Source: Candidatus Thalassarchaeaceae archaeon
GTDB taxonomy: Archaea; Thermoplasmatota; Poseidoniia; Poseidoniales; Thalassarchaeaceae
Assembly: GCA_034400015.1 (NCBI GenBank)
Contig: DASCRU010000070.1
Span: 1-39,157 of the forward strand
Length of the DNA stretch: 39,157 bases
Direction of reading: 5' to 3'
Shown here: one piece after another, positions 8,080 to 16,691 of the stretch
Numbering within the stretch: the first letter of the stretch is position 1
How the letters are laid out: each line of letters begins with the position of its first letter
Notes under the pieces: model-generated
Told to the model about the DNA's origin: nothing
Databases searched by the model: none
The model's input: only the letters and a program-made list of their open reading frames with translations
Position numbers and translations under genes: made by a program

Positions 8080-8904
8080 TTGAAAATCCTGTATCTTTTG
8101 ATTCCAAGATGTTGATTGAATCCCCCCCAGTAGGTTGTTTGCGATTTGTGCTAGAATTGAACTTGATTCAATATCCTCAATATTACTTGATGACGGTTTA
8201 ATTATTGAATCAACACTCAGTATTACCCACTCTGCAACTGAACCTAGGGGCAATGGATGGCATTCTACCAAAGTTGTCTCTATTGCTGCAATTGCTAGGC
8301 CGGGTACTGTAACTCCTCCTTCAATCGTAGTTACTGCTTCTATTTCACTCCATTCTGATTCGCCTCTAGGGAGGGGTGTAGCAGTTTTTTCAATAATCTG
8401 TGCTGATTTCTCATTTGAAGGTAGAATTGCGAGGGTCGCTTTCCTTGTTTCCTTCAGATTTAGCAGTGTATCTCGTGGCCTACCCTCTCGATTACTCGAG
8501 AGACTCATCCCAATTAATGGAGGAGTATTGGAGATGACTGAAACCGAACTCATTGGTGCAAGGTTTGGTTCACCATTGGATGAAATTGTAGAAACTAGTA
8601 CCAATGGCCTAGGTGAAATAATGGCTGAAAGCCACCTAGTTCTTTCTTGATGGCTCATTTCTTCTAGATTAATGACTTCTGAACCCAATTCTAGACTAAT
8701 TTCATCTCCTGAATCAAACCAATCATCTAATTCTCCTCGAGAAATTTCTTCGGAAGCGTGTGCAGTAAAATCACGATACGCTTGCCATCGAGAAATTTCT
8801 TCGTCCTCCCCACCTCTTTCCTTTTTCCGTTGAATAGATTCATCTGCATATACAATGCAACGTTCTAGGAATTGAATGACATTTTGTTTCGAATCATTAT
8901 TCAT
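8071..8904 (-). CDS. Flavin reductase-like (FMN-binding split-barrel) domain protein with a ~95-aa acidic N-terminal extension
   Basis: PRPLVLVSTISSNGEPNLAPMSSVSVISNTPPLIGMSL is the typical flavin-reductase-like domain core. The gene lies 13 nt downstream of bcp on the same strand. Confidence 0.6.
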   Translation of the reverse strand: MNNDSKQNVIQFLERCIVYADESIQRKKERGGEDEEISRWQAYRDFTAHASEEISRGELDDWFDSGDEISLELGSEVINLEEMSHQERTRWLSAIISPRPLVLVSTISSNGEPNLAPMSSVSVISNTPPLIGMSLSSNREGRPRDTLLNLKETRKATLAILPSNEKSAQIIEKTATPLPRGESEWSEIEAVTTIEGGVTVPGLAIAAIETTLVECHPLPLGSVAEWVILSVDSIIKPSSSNIEDIESSSILAQIANNLLGGIQSTSWNQKIQDFQSN

Positions 8905-8917
8905 TCAATTGCCCCTA

Positions 8918-9388
8918 TTATTCGATATCTAAAATTTTCAGAATGCGCCCTACATGCCCAGTAGCTTTCACTCCTCTTCCTAGCCATTGGATTAGCCCAT
9001 CCTGATTGATGATAAATGTGCTTCGAATTGCCCCTATGTACACCTTCCCATAGTTCTTTTTCTCCCCCCATGCTCCGTATAATTGGTGGATTTCTGTTTC
9101 TGAATCTACAATTAAATCAAAATTCAAGGATTGGGAATTAATGAAACGAGTATGGCTTGCTGCGGAATCTCTTGAAACACCAACAACTGTCCAATTTTCA
9201 TCGTTTAATTTGGTTTTAGCATCACGAAAATCACATGCTTGAGTAGTGCATCCAGGAGTACTGTCCTTTGGATAAAAATAGAGGATGACTCCTTTTTGTT
9301 TCAATGCGTCTGATAGGGTCCACTCACTTCCATCTTGGAGTGTTGCAGTAAAATTAGGGGCTATATCTCCAATCTCTGGTCCGTCCAT
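8918..9388 (-). CDS. bcp: Thiol peroxidase / peroxiredoxin Bcp (PrxQ type)
   Basis: GDIAPNFTA..KGVILYFYPKDSTPGCTTQACDFRD contains the peroxidatic Cys in PGCT and the resolving Cys 5 residues later. GGAGGTG lies 9 nt upstream of the ATG. Confidence 0.85.
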   Translation of the reverse strand: MDGPEIGDIAPNFTATLQDGSEWTLSDALKQKGVILYFYPKDSTPGCTTQACDFRDAKTKLNDENWTVVGVSRDSAASHTRFINSQSLNFDLIVDSETEIHQLYGAWGEKKNYGKVYIGAIRSTFIINQDGLIQWLGRGVKATGHVGRILKILDIE

Positions 9389-9427
9389 ACTCTCTGCACC
9401 TCCTTCGACATAGTCAACCCTGTGATT

Positions 9428-10486
9428 CTATTTCGGGTCCTTTTCAGTGAAATCTACGATTTGTATTGCATCATCGGCAAGTTCCGAAATACTCCTTCGT
9501 CCATCTCGTCTACGAATTACTAGGCCTAATTCACTCATTCGAGTAACGGCTGCCACTCTCCTAAGTTGTAGTATTGATTTAGTCCAATTGAATGTGGTGC
9601 CTTCTCCAAATTTCCTTACCATCCTAGCATCCAATCTGTCGTTGCCAACAGATCCACCCCTCATGCCATCGATTATCGTTCTCATAATTTTCCATTCCAT
9701 TGGCAATCGATGATGAATGGAACCTAGAATCAAAGTTCTTTCTAGAGGGCTGAATGGCCCTTCATGAGCTAAATCTCTATCGATTATTGGATTTGGTAAA
9801 CGAGCTAAATCTACTCCATGAGGGGTTAATCTATGACCTTCTGAATCTTTTGAGGACCATCCAATGATTTCCATTGCTGAGAGTTTCATGGACCCACCTG
9901 GGGCTCCAATCATCCAATTTACTGTTCTACCTCTTGCATCATCATCTAGGTGGCTGAATCCTGCAGCTAGTCGTTCGCCTCTACCTCTTCCATATCTATC
10001 GTCTTCCAATGCCAATATTGCTCCGTTGAGTTGCAACATCTGATTCAATGCGGCTCTAAATTCTCCATCTGGCACAGATCGTTTTGTTTTGCTAGACATT
10101 GACCACAAGAGTCGGAGAGCATGTTTCATCGGTAATAATCGGAGTAAACCGGTGGGCAACATTTCATCTTCTAATCGCCCTATATTCGCCCCCGTCATCG
10201 GCTCCCCTCGAATAGAATCGAGTTGCAAGGACTCCCTGTTCCCCAAATCTCTCTCTGCTAGATGATCTCCGGCCTTTGATCTCCTATCCCATGCTCTTTC
10301 AGCAAGGCCAGATATGTTCTTGTTTCCAACTCTCGGAAGTTCATCACCACCTTCTCTTTGATTATCTGTTAATATTGAATTTGCACTTTGAATTAACCAA
10401 TCTTCTACGTTCATTCCATTGCTTTGAGCGGCTTGAATCCACTTGATTAGGCGTTCATCCTCTACTGAAAGAGTGACGTCAACCAT
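9428..10486 (-). CDS. Hypothetical protein; possible ribbon-helix-helix-like N-terminus and winged-helix-like C-terminus (putative DNA binding)
   Basis: 352 aa with no cysteine. The N-terminus is MVDVTLSVEDERLIKWIQAAQSNGMNVEDWLIQSA (beta strand plus two helices, CopG-like pattern). The C-terminus RVAAVTRMSELGLVIRRRDGRRSISEL looks like a wHTH. I recognise no family. Confidence 0.55.
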   Translation of the reverse strand: MVDVTLSVEDERLIKWIQAAQSNGMNVEDWLIQSANSILTDNQREGGDELPRVGNKNISGLAERAWDRRSKAGDHLAERDLGNRESLQLDSIRGEPMTGANIGRLEDEMLPTGLLRLLPMKHALRLLWSMSSKTKRSVPDGEFRAALNQMLQLNGAILALEDDRYGRGRGERLAAGFSHLDDDARGRTVNWMIGAPGGSMKLSAMEIIGWSSKDSEGHRLTPHGVDLARLPNPIIDRDLAHEGPFSPLERTLILGSIHHRLPMEWKIMRTIIDGMRGGSVGNDRLDARMVRKFGEGTTFNWTKSILQLRRVAAVTRMSELGLVIRRRDGRRSISELADDAIQIVDFTEKDPK

Positions 10487-10500
10487 GTGCTTCCCATATT

Positions 10501-10519
10501 ATCATTCATTATGAATGAT
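10501..10519. promoter_or_regulatory. Perfect 9-1-9 palindrome (ATCATTCAT-T-ATGAATGAT), candidate operator overlapping the promoter of the 9428-10486 gene
   Basis: It is located 15-33 nt upstream of the start codon at 10486, inside a ~168-bp very AT-rich spacer. Two direct ATTATATTG repeats follow at 10523-10531 and 10533-10541. Confidence 0.45.
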
Positions 10520-10654
10520 TCTATTATATTGAATTATATTGCATATAATGATTATAATGAGTAGAAAACGAATTGCTAATAGTGAGTATTGTAGAATAAT
10601 AATTGGGAAGACGATAGATATTAAGATAATGAATCAAAAACGATTCACTAGTAT

Positions 10655-11521
10655 TCATTCAACATCGAAGAAACATACTTCTTGTGGTGGATCTCCACTG
10701 CTGATTTGCCCTTTGAACTCACGTGGGCTCCCATCCACTGTAACTAGAATGTTGAATTCTGTTACGTCGTTTGAATCGTGTTTCTCAAAATGCTCAACAA
10801 ACACGCGAAATCGTCCTTGAGGGGCATCTTTTTCCCAGAATACATTCTCTACAGGTTCGTCTGAGTTTCCGCTTTCATTCATGTCGATATCTAAGCGGCC
10901 ACCACAGTTTGAGATTTTATTATCAAATGAAATTCGTTCACCACTGGGGCAAACAACTGATAGGTCCAAATCGTTCTTATTGAACCAAATCAAACTGACC
11001 TGTACTTCTCCAGTTTCAGCTCCTTCTCGTCCAAGGCGTTCTGCGAAAACGTCCTCCTGTTCTGCCTCAACCTCAGTACCAATAACTTCTACATCGTCCA
11101 AATCGGGCGCTGAAGGTAAATCGCTAGCTTCTGCTTCCTCCTCTTCTTCTGCAACTTCCTCGAGAATTGTTTCTTCAACTTCGGGTTCTTCCTCTTCTTC
11201 CAAAATTGGACCAGGGGATGATGTTGGCATAGATGAGCTAGAAGTGGTCGTGTTTACTTCTACGCTTCGATCCAGTTGTTTTCTAGGGCGCCTGAGACCT
11301 TTGTCGATTAGTGGTGCAGGAAGTGAGGCCATTGATGGAAGCAATGCCCTCCGGGCATCTCCTCGAATTATTCGGTAGATTCCTTGGAGGGAGCCCACTG
11401 TCAAGGTGGCTATGACGGCTCCACTGACGGGGTCCATAATGAGCCTGAGGGAACTTGAAGTATGTCTTCGTTTCGTTTGAATTAGGATTGAATGAAAGAA
11501 TGTAATGTGCGGTTCCTTCAT
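10655..11521 (-). CDS. Hypothetical protein: weak N-terminal hydrophobic segment, poly-acidic linker, C-terminal DUF2135/YfaP-like beta-sandwich
   Basis: The C-terminal segment VSLIWFNKNDLDLSVVCPSGERISFDNK..CGGRLDIDMN...PVENVFWEKDAPQGRFRVFVEHF fits the pattern L.W....DLDLhV..P.Ge........GG.L..D.......E.v.......G.Y.v.V. The linker is EEEEEPEVEETILEEVAEEEEEAEA. The start is uncertain. Options are ATG 11521 (GGAGG 3 nt upstream), ATG 11437 (MDPVSGAVIATL) or GTG 11572 (ORF maximum). Confidence 0.55.
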   Translation of the reverse strand: MKEPHITFFHSILIQTKRRHTSSSLRLIMDPVSGAVIATLTVGSLQGIYRIIRGDARRALLPSMASLPAPLIDKGLRRPRKQLDRSVEVNTTTSSSSMPTSSPGPILEEEEEPEVEETILEEVAEEEEEAEASDLPSAPDLDDVEVIGTEVEAEQEDVFAERLGREGAETGEVQVSLIWFNKNDLDLSVVCPSGERISFDNKISNCGGRLDIDMNESGNSDEPVENVFWEKDAPQGRFRVFVEHFEKHDSNDVTEFNILVTVDGSPREFKGQISSGDPPQEVCFFDVE

Positions 11522-11562
11522 ATTCCTCCGGGAACTGGTTATGGGATAGCGGAGGCCATGCA

Positions 11563-11979
11563 ATGACTGCACGTTTGGGTAGAAAGGCTAGAAGATACCT
11601 CCGTCGTATCCAGAAGGCCCGTATCTTGCAAGACCTTCAGTTCATTGCGAACGAAATTCAAACAGAGGTTGATTCTCGTTCTGTGAATTTTGAAGAAGCC
11701 AATCATTTGGGTAATCGAATCCAAGAAAGGGCAGATTTGATTGATGAGAATGGGTTGGTGTATGCAATTAGTGACAGGGACACATATCGTAGGACTTTGG
11801 AGATTTATCTCAAAGATGGATTGCTTACCCGTACAGAGCAGATGTTGCTGTGGGATGAGCGTAGGAAACTTGGAATTAGTGAAGAAGAACATACTCGGTT
11901 GTTGGACAAGTTAGTTTCATTGTATCGGGGGCAAGGTCGCTCAATCAGGATTCAGAAGTCTTCTGGAGGTAGTTCCTGA
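11563..11979 (+). CDS. Small basic helical protein, first gene of a coupled three-gene module (function unknown; weak TerB-like pattern)
   Basis: 138 aa. GGAGG (11551-11555) lies 7 nt upstream of the ATG. The N-terminus is Arg-rich (MTARLGRKARRYLRRIQKAR). The segment DGLLTRTEQMLLWDERRKLGISEEEHTRLL resembles TerB/DjlA-N-type helical repeats, with low confidence. Its stop overlaps the next start (TGATG, 11977-11981). The antisense ORF 11539-11892 looks non-protein-like. Confidence 0.6.
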   Translation: MTARLGRKARRYLRRIQKARILQDLQFIANEIQTEVDSRSVNFEEANHLGNRIQERADLIDENGLVYAISDRDTYRRTLEIYLKDGLLTRTEQMLLWDERRKLGISEEEHTRLLDKLVSLYRGQGRSIRIQKSSGGSS

Positions 11980-14900
11980 TGAAGATTTTTCAGTCGATTA
12001 TTCTGGTATTATTATTGCTAGTTTCTTCTTTGGGACAATTAGCGATTTACAACCTTGATGAACCACAGTCATTTACTTCTGGACGTTCAGTAGATATTTC
12101 TGTAGATTTAGTAGAAATAATTTCACCTTCTTCAGTAATTGGCGGAACACATACATTGGCAGAGGGGACCCAAGTAGTCAGAGTTAGAATTGTAAATCTT
12201 GGAACTACTACAGCAACTGGTACATTAGAACTCAATGTAGGGGTGAATTCAGGAGCGCCATCTGTGGTTGATTCTGTTTCATTTACTTTAGCTGGAAGTA
12301 CTTCTGAGACTCATCTAATGGAATGGGTGCAACCTTCTGGGACGGCAGACGTTTTTGTAGTTGCTACAGCGGGTTCTGATTCCGATCCAGCAAATGATCA
12401 ATTCACAATCCCCGATACTCTCACCGTCCTAGATACCTCTGATTATCTCATTGTTTCCGATACTCTCCCCAATGATGGCGCAATTATTGGTAGGGATATG
12501 TGGCATGGTGATTGGGTATTCTCAAACACGGGCAATATCCCATTTACTGCGGAAGGACAATTGATTCTAACACCTGCTTCCGGTGGCTCAAATATCGATG
12601 TAACATCTAGTGTTACTCATGCACCTCCTGGTTCTATTTCGGCCAATGCAGGAAATTCCGTAGTGAACCTATCCTTCGACGGTTCTCCTTTAACTGGTAC
12701 ATACACGTTAAGCGGGCTGTTTGAGATTACTTTTGACGATGGCTCGACTGCCGATATACCCATCTCTTCTCGGAATATAGTGTTGACAGATTCCCATGCG
12801 ACTCTGACTCCTCCGTCAAATATTTCGGTTGACCCAGGTAGTGGAACCGGCCTCCTTTTCATTGTTCAGAATGTCGGTTCTACTTCAGATACTTACTCTG
12901 TAGAATATAGTAATGTTTCAGGGTGGGTGGACCCCTCCACGCTACCTCTTACAATAAACAATCTTGCAGCCAATACCGGTGCCCCAATCAATGTCCCTGT
13001 TGATGTCCCGATAACCGCAAATCGATCAGATGTGGAGACTGTCACTGTTTACGTGAACAGTACCACTACCGGTGTGAGCGTTTCTGCTAGAGCATCAGTT
13101 CTAGCAGGAGATCTCTTCCAGTCGGACTTACAGAGCAATGGTAGTCTAGTCTACATTGATCCAGGTTCATCAGTAGTCGTTGATTACACACTGGTCAATA
13201 CAGGAACATCTCCCGCACATTTTGATTTAACAGCTGGGCTTCAAGAAGAACCCAACGGTTGGTTAGTCGAAATTGATCCGGAGATGACTGATTTAGTTTC
13301 ACCGGGAAATACTAGGGCAGTCACAATCACAGTCTCTGCTCCAATATTGGAATCCCCTCTTGATCCAGAAGCCAAGATTTCCGCAGGAAATAGATTGCAC
13401 CTCCGCGTGACTTCTACGCCAGTAGAAGGAAATGCAGCCCTTACTGCATCAAATATTACCGATATCGAGGTTCGTCCATCAGTTAGTGTCTCGATGAATC
13501 CTTCTGTAGATGAATTGGTATTTTCGACAGCAGATTTAGAGGAGGGGGATGTCTTTGATTTATTTGATTTGGAAGTTATTTTGTTGAGTAACTTTCCATC
13601 GGGTACAATAGGTTCCGCAGTCGTGAATATTACCTCTTCCCCAACTTCATTTAGTTCTGTAGATGGGGCGTCTTATGGAGCCCAAGAAATTTTGAGATGG
13701 AACTCTACAGTAGCACCTGGTTCTGTAATTTTAAATCTTGGAGAATCACGAACTGTAGTCACTTCCGTACTTGGTCCTAATGATGCCCTTCCTGCTGCTG
13801 GGATTCTGAATTTCACTCTTTCAGCCACGACATCTTTGAGTGGTATGGTAGGCATCACTTCTCCTGAGACAACTGCCTCATTCAGAGTAATTATTGAAAC
13901 TGTGATTGATGGCGAGTTAGAAGATAGCCCACTTGTCGCAGGAGTTCCTGGAGTAGAGAACAATGCCACATTGATCCTTACCAATAATGGAAATGCTCTT
14001 GCAGATTATACTCTCTCTAGTCCCGGTCTTCCAAATTGGGTTGTGAATCTAACTCCAAACGCAGTCACTGCATTAGCACCTGAAGTTGGCACATGGCCCT
14101 CTGGAATAGATTCAGTGTTTCAAAATGTCGTGGTCACAGCCACTCCTCCTACTGATGCTAGAGCTGATATCGTTCACGAGATCGAAATTTTGGTATTCGA
14201 TGGAGAAGGTAGATTTGTAGATAATGGATCCGCTAGATTTGTTCTTGATGAAGTGATAGGTGCTTCGATAGAACCCGATGAAATGTACATTGAAGTTCCT
14301 TCTGAGGGTACACAAACAGCAAGTTTCCAAGTCAGGAATTTGGGTAATTCTCTTCAGACATATGATATTTCAACAGGAAATTTTGTTGGTGGAACTGATT
14401 TCACAGTTGGTGCACCTAACAGTGTAACATCTGATCCTGGGGCAAACATCACTCTAACACTCGATGTTACTGCATTAAGTAGTGCTAGAGCCGATTCAAC
14501 CTATTCGTTTCAACTAATTCTAGAACATTCTGGTATTGAACAGGACCGTTTGACGGTGCGAGTAGGAATTGAGAAGGTACATGATCTTCGATTATCTCAT
14601 GATTCTTCTTTTGAGGCAATTCCTGGGGAAACGTTGACCCTGCCTGTAACAATTGAGAATCAAGGCAATCTTCGAGAAGTAGGTTCATTCAACCTATCTA
14701 CTCCTGCCGGTTGGATACAATCATCAGATGCGATCGACATCTTGCCGGGGGAAACCATTTCCGGATTGTTAGTTTCCCTCACTGTTCCTGCTTTGGATTC
14801 AGAAGAGGTCCCTATGGCTGGGCAAGTGTATACCATCCCAATTCTTGCAATTAATGCAACGGATAATCTAACCATCGGAGAATCCACTGTGACTGTTACA

Positions 14901-16691
14901 ATCAAACCGGTATTCCAACTTGTGATGGCTTCGTATCCAATACGAATTGCAAGTATCCCTGGCGAATCTAGAGATGTAGCATATCTAATGAGGAATGCAG
15001 GGAATGATGCAGTTATTCTCGATGTTACTTGTTTATTGGACGCATCTGCTGTGGGTCGATGGTCAGCGCCTGTTTGCCCTGCAACGTTAGAATTAGCACA
15101 GGGGGGAGAGCGTTGGATAAATCTCTCAATGACTCCTACTGATGATAGGCATTGGGATAAAGAATCCGGCACGTTGTCCTTTGATTTCATTCCACGTGGA
15201 GAAGTGGGTGGAAATGCGAGTTGGTCAACCCCTCTTTCCGTAGAGCGAGTACAAACTGATGACCCTGTAATCCTACGTGGTTCCGATGGCCCACAAAACA
15301 CATTGAACATTGATTGGATGCATGTACCTGAATTGAGCCAAACCGGTACCTTGACTCCATCATCTTATTCTCTAAGATATGTCTCTGCAGAAAGAACTGT
15401 GAATGCTTCTCTATATCCTGAAACTTTGTGGAGTTTTGCTATCCCAGGGGGGCCAAGTCCATTGGTTCCAGGAGATATCCATTCTCTTGGTTCTGCTTCC
15501 CCCTATGCTCTTGATTCCTTTGATATTCAGATAACCATGCCCGATTCTACTTCTATTGCACCAGGTGATGGTTGGAATCTCACATTTAATCTTGAGAATC
15601 TCGATGAGGCGGGGAGTCGGCCAGGAACAAATTTTGTAATTAAATTAAGAATGGATTCCTATAGCGATCCTCGAATTGTAGGAGTTAGTTTTAGTTCAGG
15701 TACTCTTGTGGAAGGAAGCACTACTGACTTGATTGTGAACGTTACGAATTCTGGGACTGCAATCCTCCCTCTCTATAGCTTTGTAACACTTTCATGTGGC
15801 GACTCAGTCACTATTTCTGATAATTCACCCAAGGTTATTCCATCATTGGGGGTTCAAGAATCGGTTGAAGTAAATTGGACTGTAACTGCTGATCCATTAC
15901 CCTGGTACCTGACTCAAGGCGATTTGGAATGCACCGTCAAATTGTCGTTGCCTGACTCCGTCTATGGAAATGAAGAAGAAAATGACATTGATATCCGAAT
16001 GCTTTCGATTGATTCATGGAGTCCTGGCTTCCTTGTTAGTTTAGTTTCTGGAATTTTAGTAATGGTCCTGTCTTTGTTCTTATTCAGGAGGGGGCTGGAT
16101 GATGATGAACGAGCCCTGCATGGTTCAACGTATATCGCTATGTTAGGACTTGCAATATTTGCTCGTTCATCCGTAATTGCAGATATTGGTATGATCTGTA
16201 TAGTTCTTGCAACACTTTGGATGATGGTGGTATCCTGGTTAGGTGCTGGTGAGATTCAGGCAATTCATGATGACCGTCGAAAGGCCTTGATAGGTGAGAG
16301 GGCAGCTCTTGGTAATCATGCTGATGAGATTGAAACAACAAGACGCGAAGTTGGACTAATTCTACTCGGTGCTCCGATATTTTTCGTATTAATGATGACG
16401 ATCGATCCTAGTTTGAAGGTCGATATAAGTGCCATAGGCATTGGGTCTAGTATTGGCTACATTCTTGTTGTTGGAATAATGTGTCTTGTGGTCCTTAGAT
16501 ATCTGGACCGTCTTTACGGATTGCTGCATAACGATTTGGCAGCATTGGATATTCGAACGGCTAGGATTCGAGGTATTCTTCAGAGTAGAACACAGAATCG
16601 TACCAATCTATTTTCCTCGCCTCCTCCAAAGCCCGAAGCATTCAATCAGGAAATGGATTCAGATGGAATTGAAGGGGGTGAAGAGGAATGA
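11979..16691 (+). CDS. Giant (1570 aa) surface protein: signal peptide, at least 9 CARDB/NEW3-like beta-sandwich repeats, C-terminal ~5-TM membrane module
   Basis: The signal peptide is MKIFQSIILVLLLLVSSLGQLA. A strand motif x-[VI]-x-N-x-G recurs: VRIVNLGTTTA, FIVQNVGSTSD, YTLVNTGTSPA, LILTNNGNALA, FQVRNLGNSLQ, VTIENQGNLRE, YLMRNAGNDAV, IVNVTNSGTAI. P.GW follows in several repeats. From about nt 16020 there are hydrophobic helices: FLVSLVSGILVMVLSLFLF, YIAMLGLAIFA, IGMICIVLATLWMMVVSWLG, VGLILLGAPIFFVLMMTI and IGSSIGYILVVGIMCLVVL. The tail is acidic (DSDGIEGGEEE). GGAGG lies 9 nt upstream of the ATG. Confidence 0.85.
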   Translation: MKIFQSIILVLLLLVSSLGQLAIYNLDEPQSFTSGRSVDISVDLVEIISPSSVIGGTHTLAEGTQVVRVRIVNLGTTTATGTLELNVGVNSGAPSVVDSVSFTLAGSTSETHLMEWVQPSGTADVFVVATAGSDSDPANDQFTIPDTLTVLDTSDYLIVSDTLPNDGAIIGRDMWHGDWVFSNTGNIPFTAEGQLILTPASGGSNIDVTSSVTHAPPGSISANAGNSVVNLSFDGSPLTGTYTLSGLFEITFDDGSTADIPISSRNIVLTDSHATLTPPSNISVDPGSGTGLLFIVQNVGSTSDTYSVEYSNVSGWVDPSTLPLTINNLAANTGAPINVPVDVPITANRSDVETVTVYVNSTTTGVSVSARASVLAGDLFQSDLQSNGSLVYIDPGSSVVVDYTLVNTGTSPAHFDLTAGLQEEPNGWLVEIDPEMTDLVSPGNTRAVTITVSAPILESPLDPEAKISAGNRLHLRVTSTPVEGNAALTASNITDIEVRPSVSVSMNPSVDELVFSTADLEEGDVFDLFDLEVILLSNFPSGTIGSAVVNITSSPTSFSSVDGASYGAQEILRWNSTVAPGSVILNLGESRTVVTSVLGPNDALPAAGILNFTLSATTSLSGMVGITSPETTASFRVIIETVIDGELEDSPLVAGVPGVENNATLILTNNGNALADYTLSSPGLPNWVVNLTPNAVTALAPEVGTWPSGIDSVFQNVVVTATPPTDARADIVHEIEILVFDGEGRFVDNGSARFVLDEVIGASIEPDEMYIEVPSEGTQTASFQVRNLGNSLQTYDISTGNFVGGTDFTVGAPNSVTSDPGANITLTLDVTALSSARADSTYSFQLILEHSGIEQDRLTVRVGIEKVHDLRLSHDSSFEAIPGETLTLPVTIENQGNLREVGSFNLSTPAGWIQSSDAIDILPGETISGLLVSLTVPALDSEEVPMAGQVYTIPILAINATDNLTIGESTVTVTIKPVFQLVMASYPIRIASIPGESRDVAYLMRNAGNDAVILDVTCLLDASAVGRWSAPVCPATLELAQGGERWINLSMTPTDDRHWDKESGTLSFDFIPRGEVGGNASWSTPLSVERVQTDDPVILRGSDGPQNTLNIDWMHVPELSQTGTLTPSSYSLRYVSAERTVNASLYPETLWSFAIPGGPSPLVPGDIHSLGSASPYALDSFDIQITMPDSTSIAPGDGWNLTFNLENLDEAGSRPGTNFVIKLRMDSYSDPRIVGVSFSSGTLVEGSTTDLIVNVTNSGTAILPLYSFVTLSCGDSVTISDNSPKVIPSLGVQESVEVNWTVTADPLPWYLTQGDLECTVKLSLPDSVYGNEEENDIDIRMLSIDSWSPGFLVSLVSGILVMVLSLFLFRRGLDDDERALHGSTYIAMLGLAIFARSSVIADIGMICIVLATLWMMVVSWLGAGEIQAIHDDRRKALIGERAALGNHADEIETTRREVGLILLGAPIFFVLMMTIDPSLKVDISAIGIGSSIGYILVVGIMCLVVLRYLDRLYGLLHNDLAALDIRTARIRGILQSRTQNRTNLFSSPPPKPEAFNQEMDSDGIEGGEEE

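Noticed and set aside
10487-10654. AT-rich spacer considered as a boundary of a genomic island or integrated element.
   Set aside because: There is no integrase, transposase or tRNA target, and no flanking direct repeats nearby. Neighbouring genes look like ordinary chromosomal genes. It is better explained as a terminator plus promoter/operator region.
11539-11892. 117-aa minus-strand ORF competing with the + strand ORF 11563-11979.
   Set aside because: The + strand ORF has GGAGG at the proper spacing, a stop/start overlap with the next gene and a protein-like helical sequence. The minus-strand translation (Cys/Ile/Gln/Thr-rich, no charge pattern) looks random.
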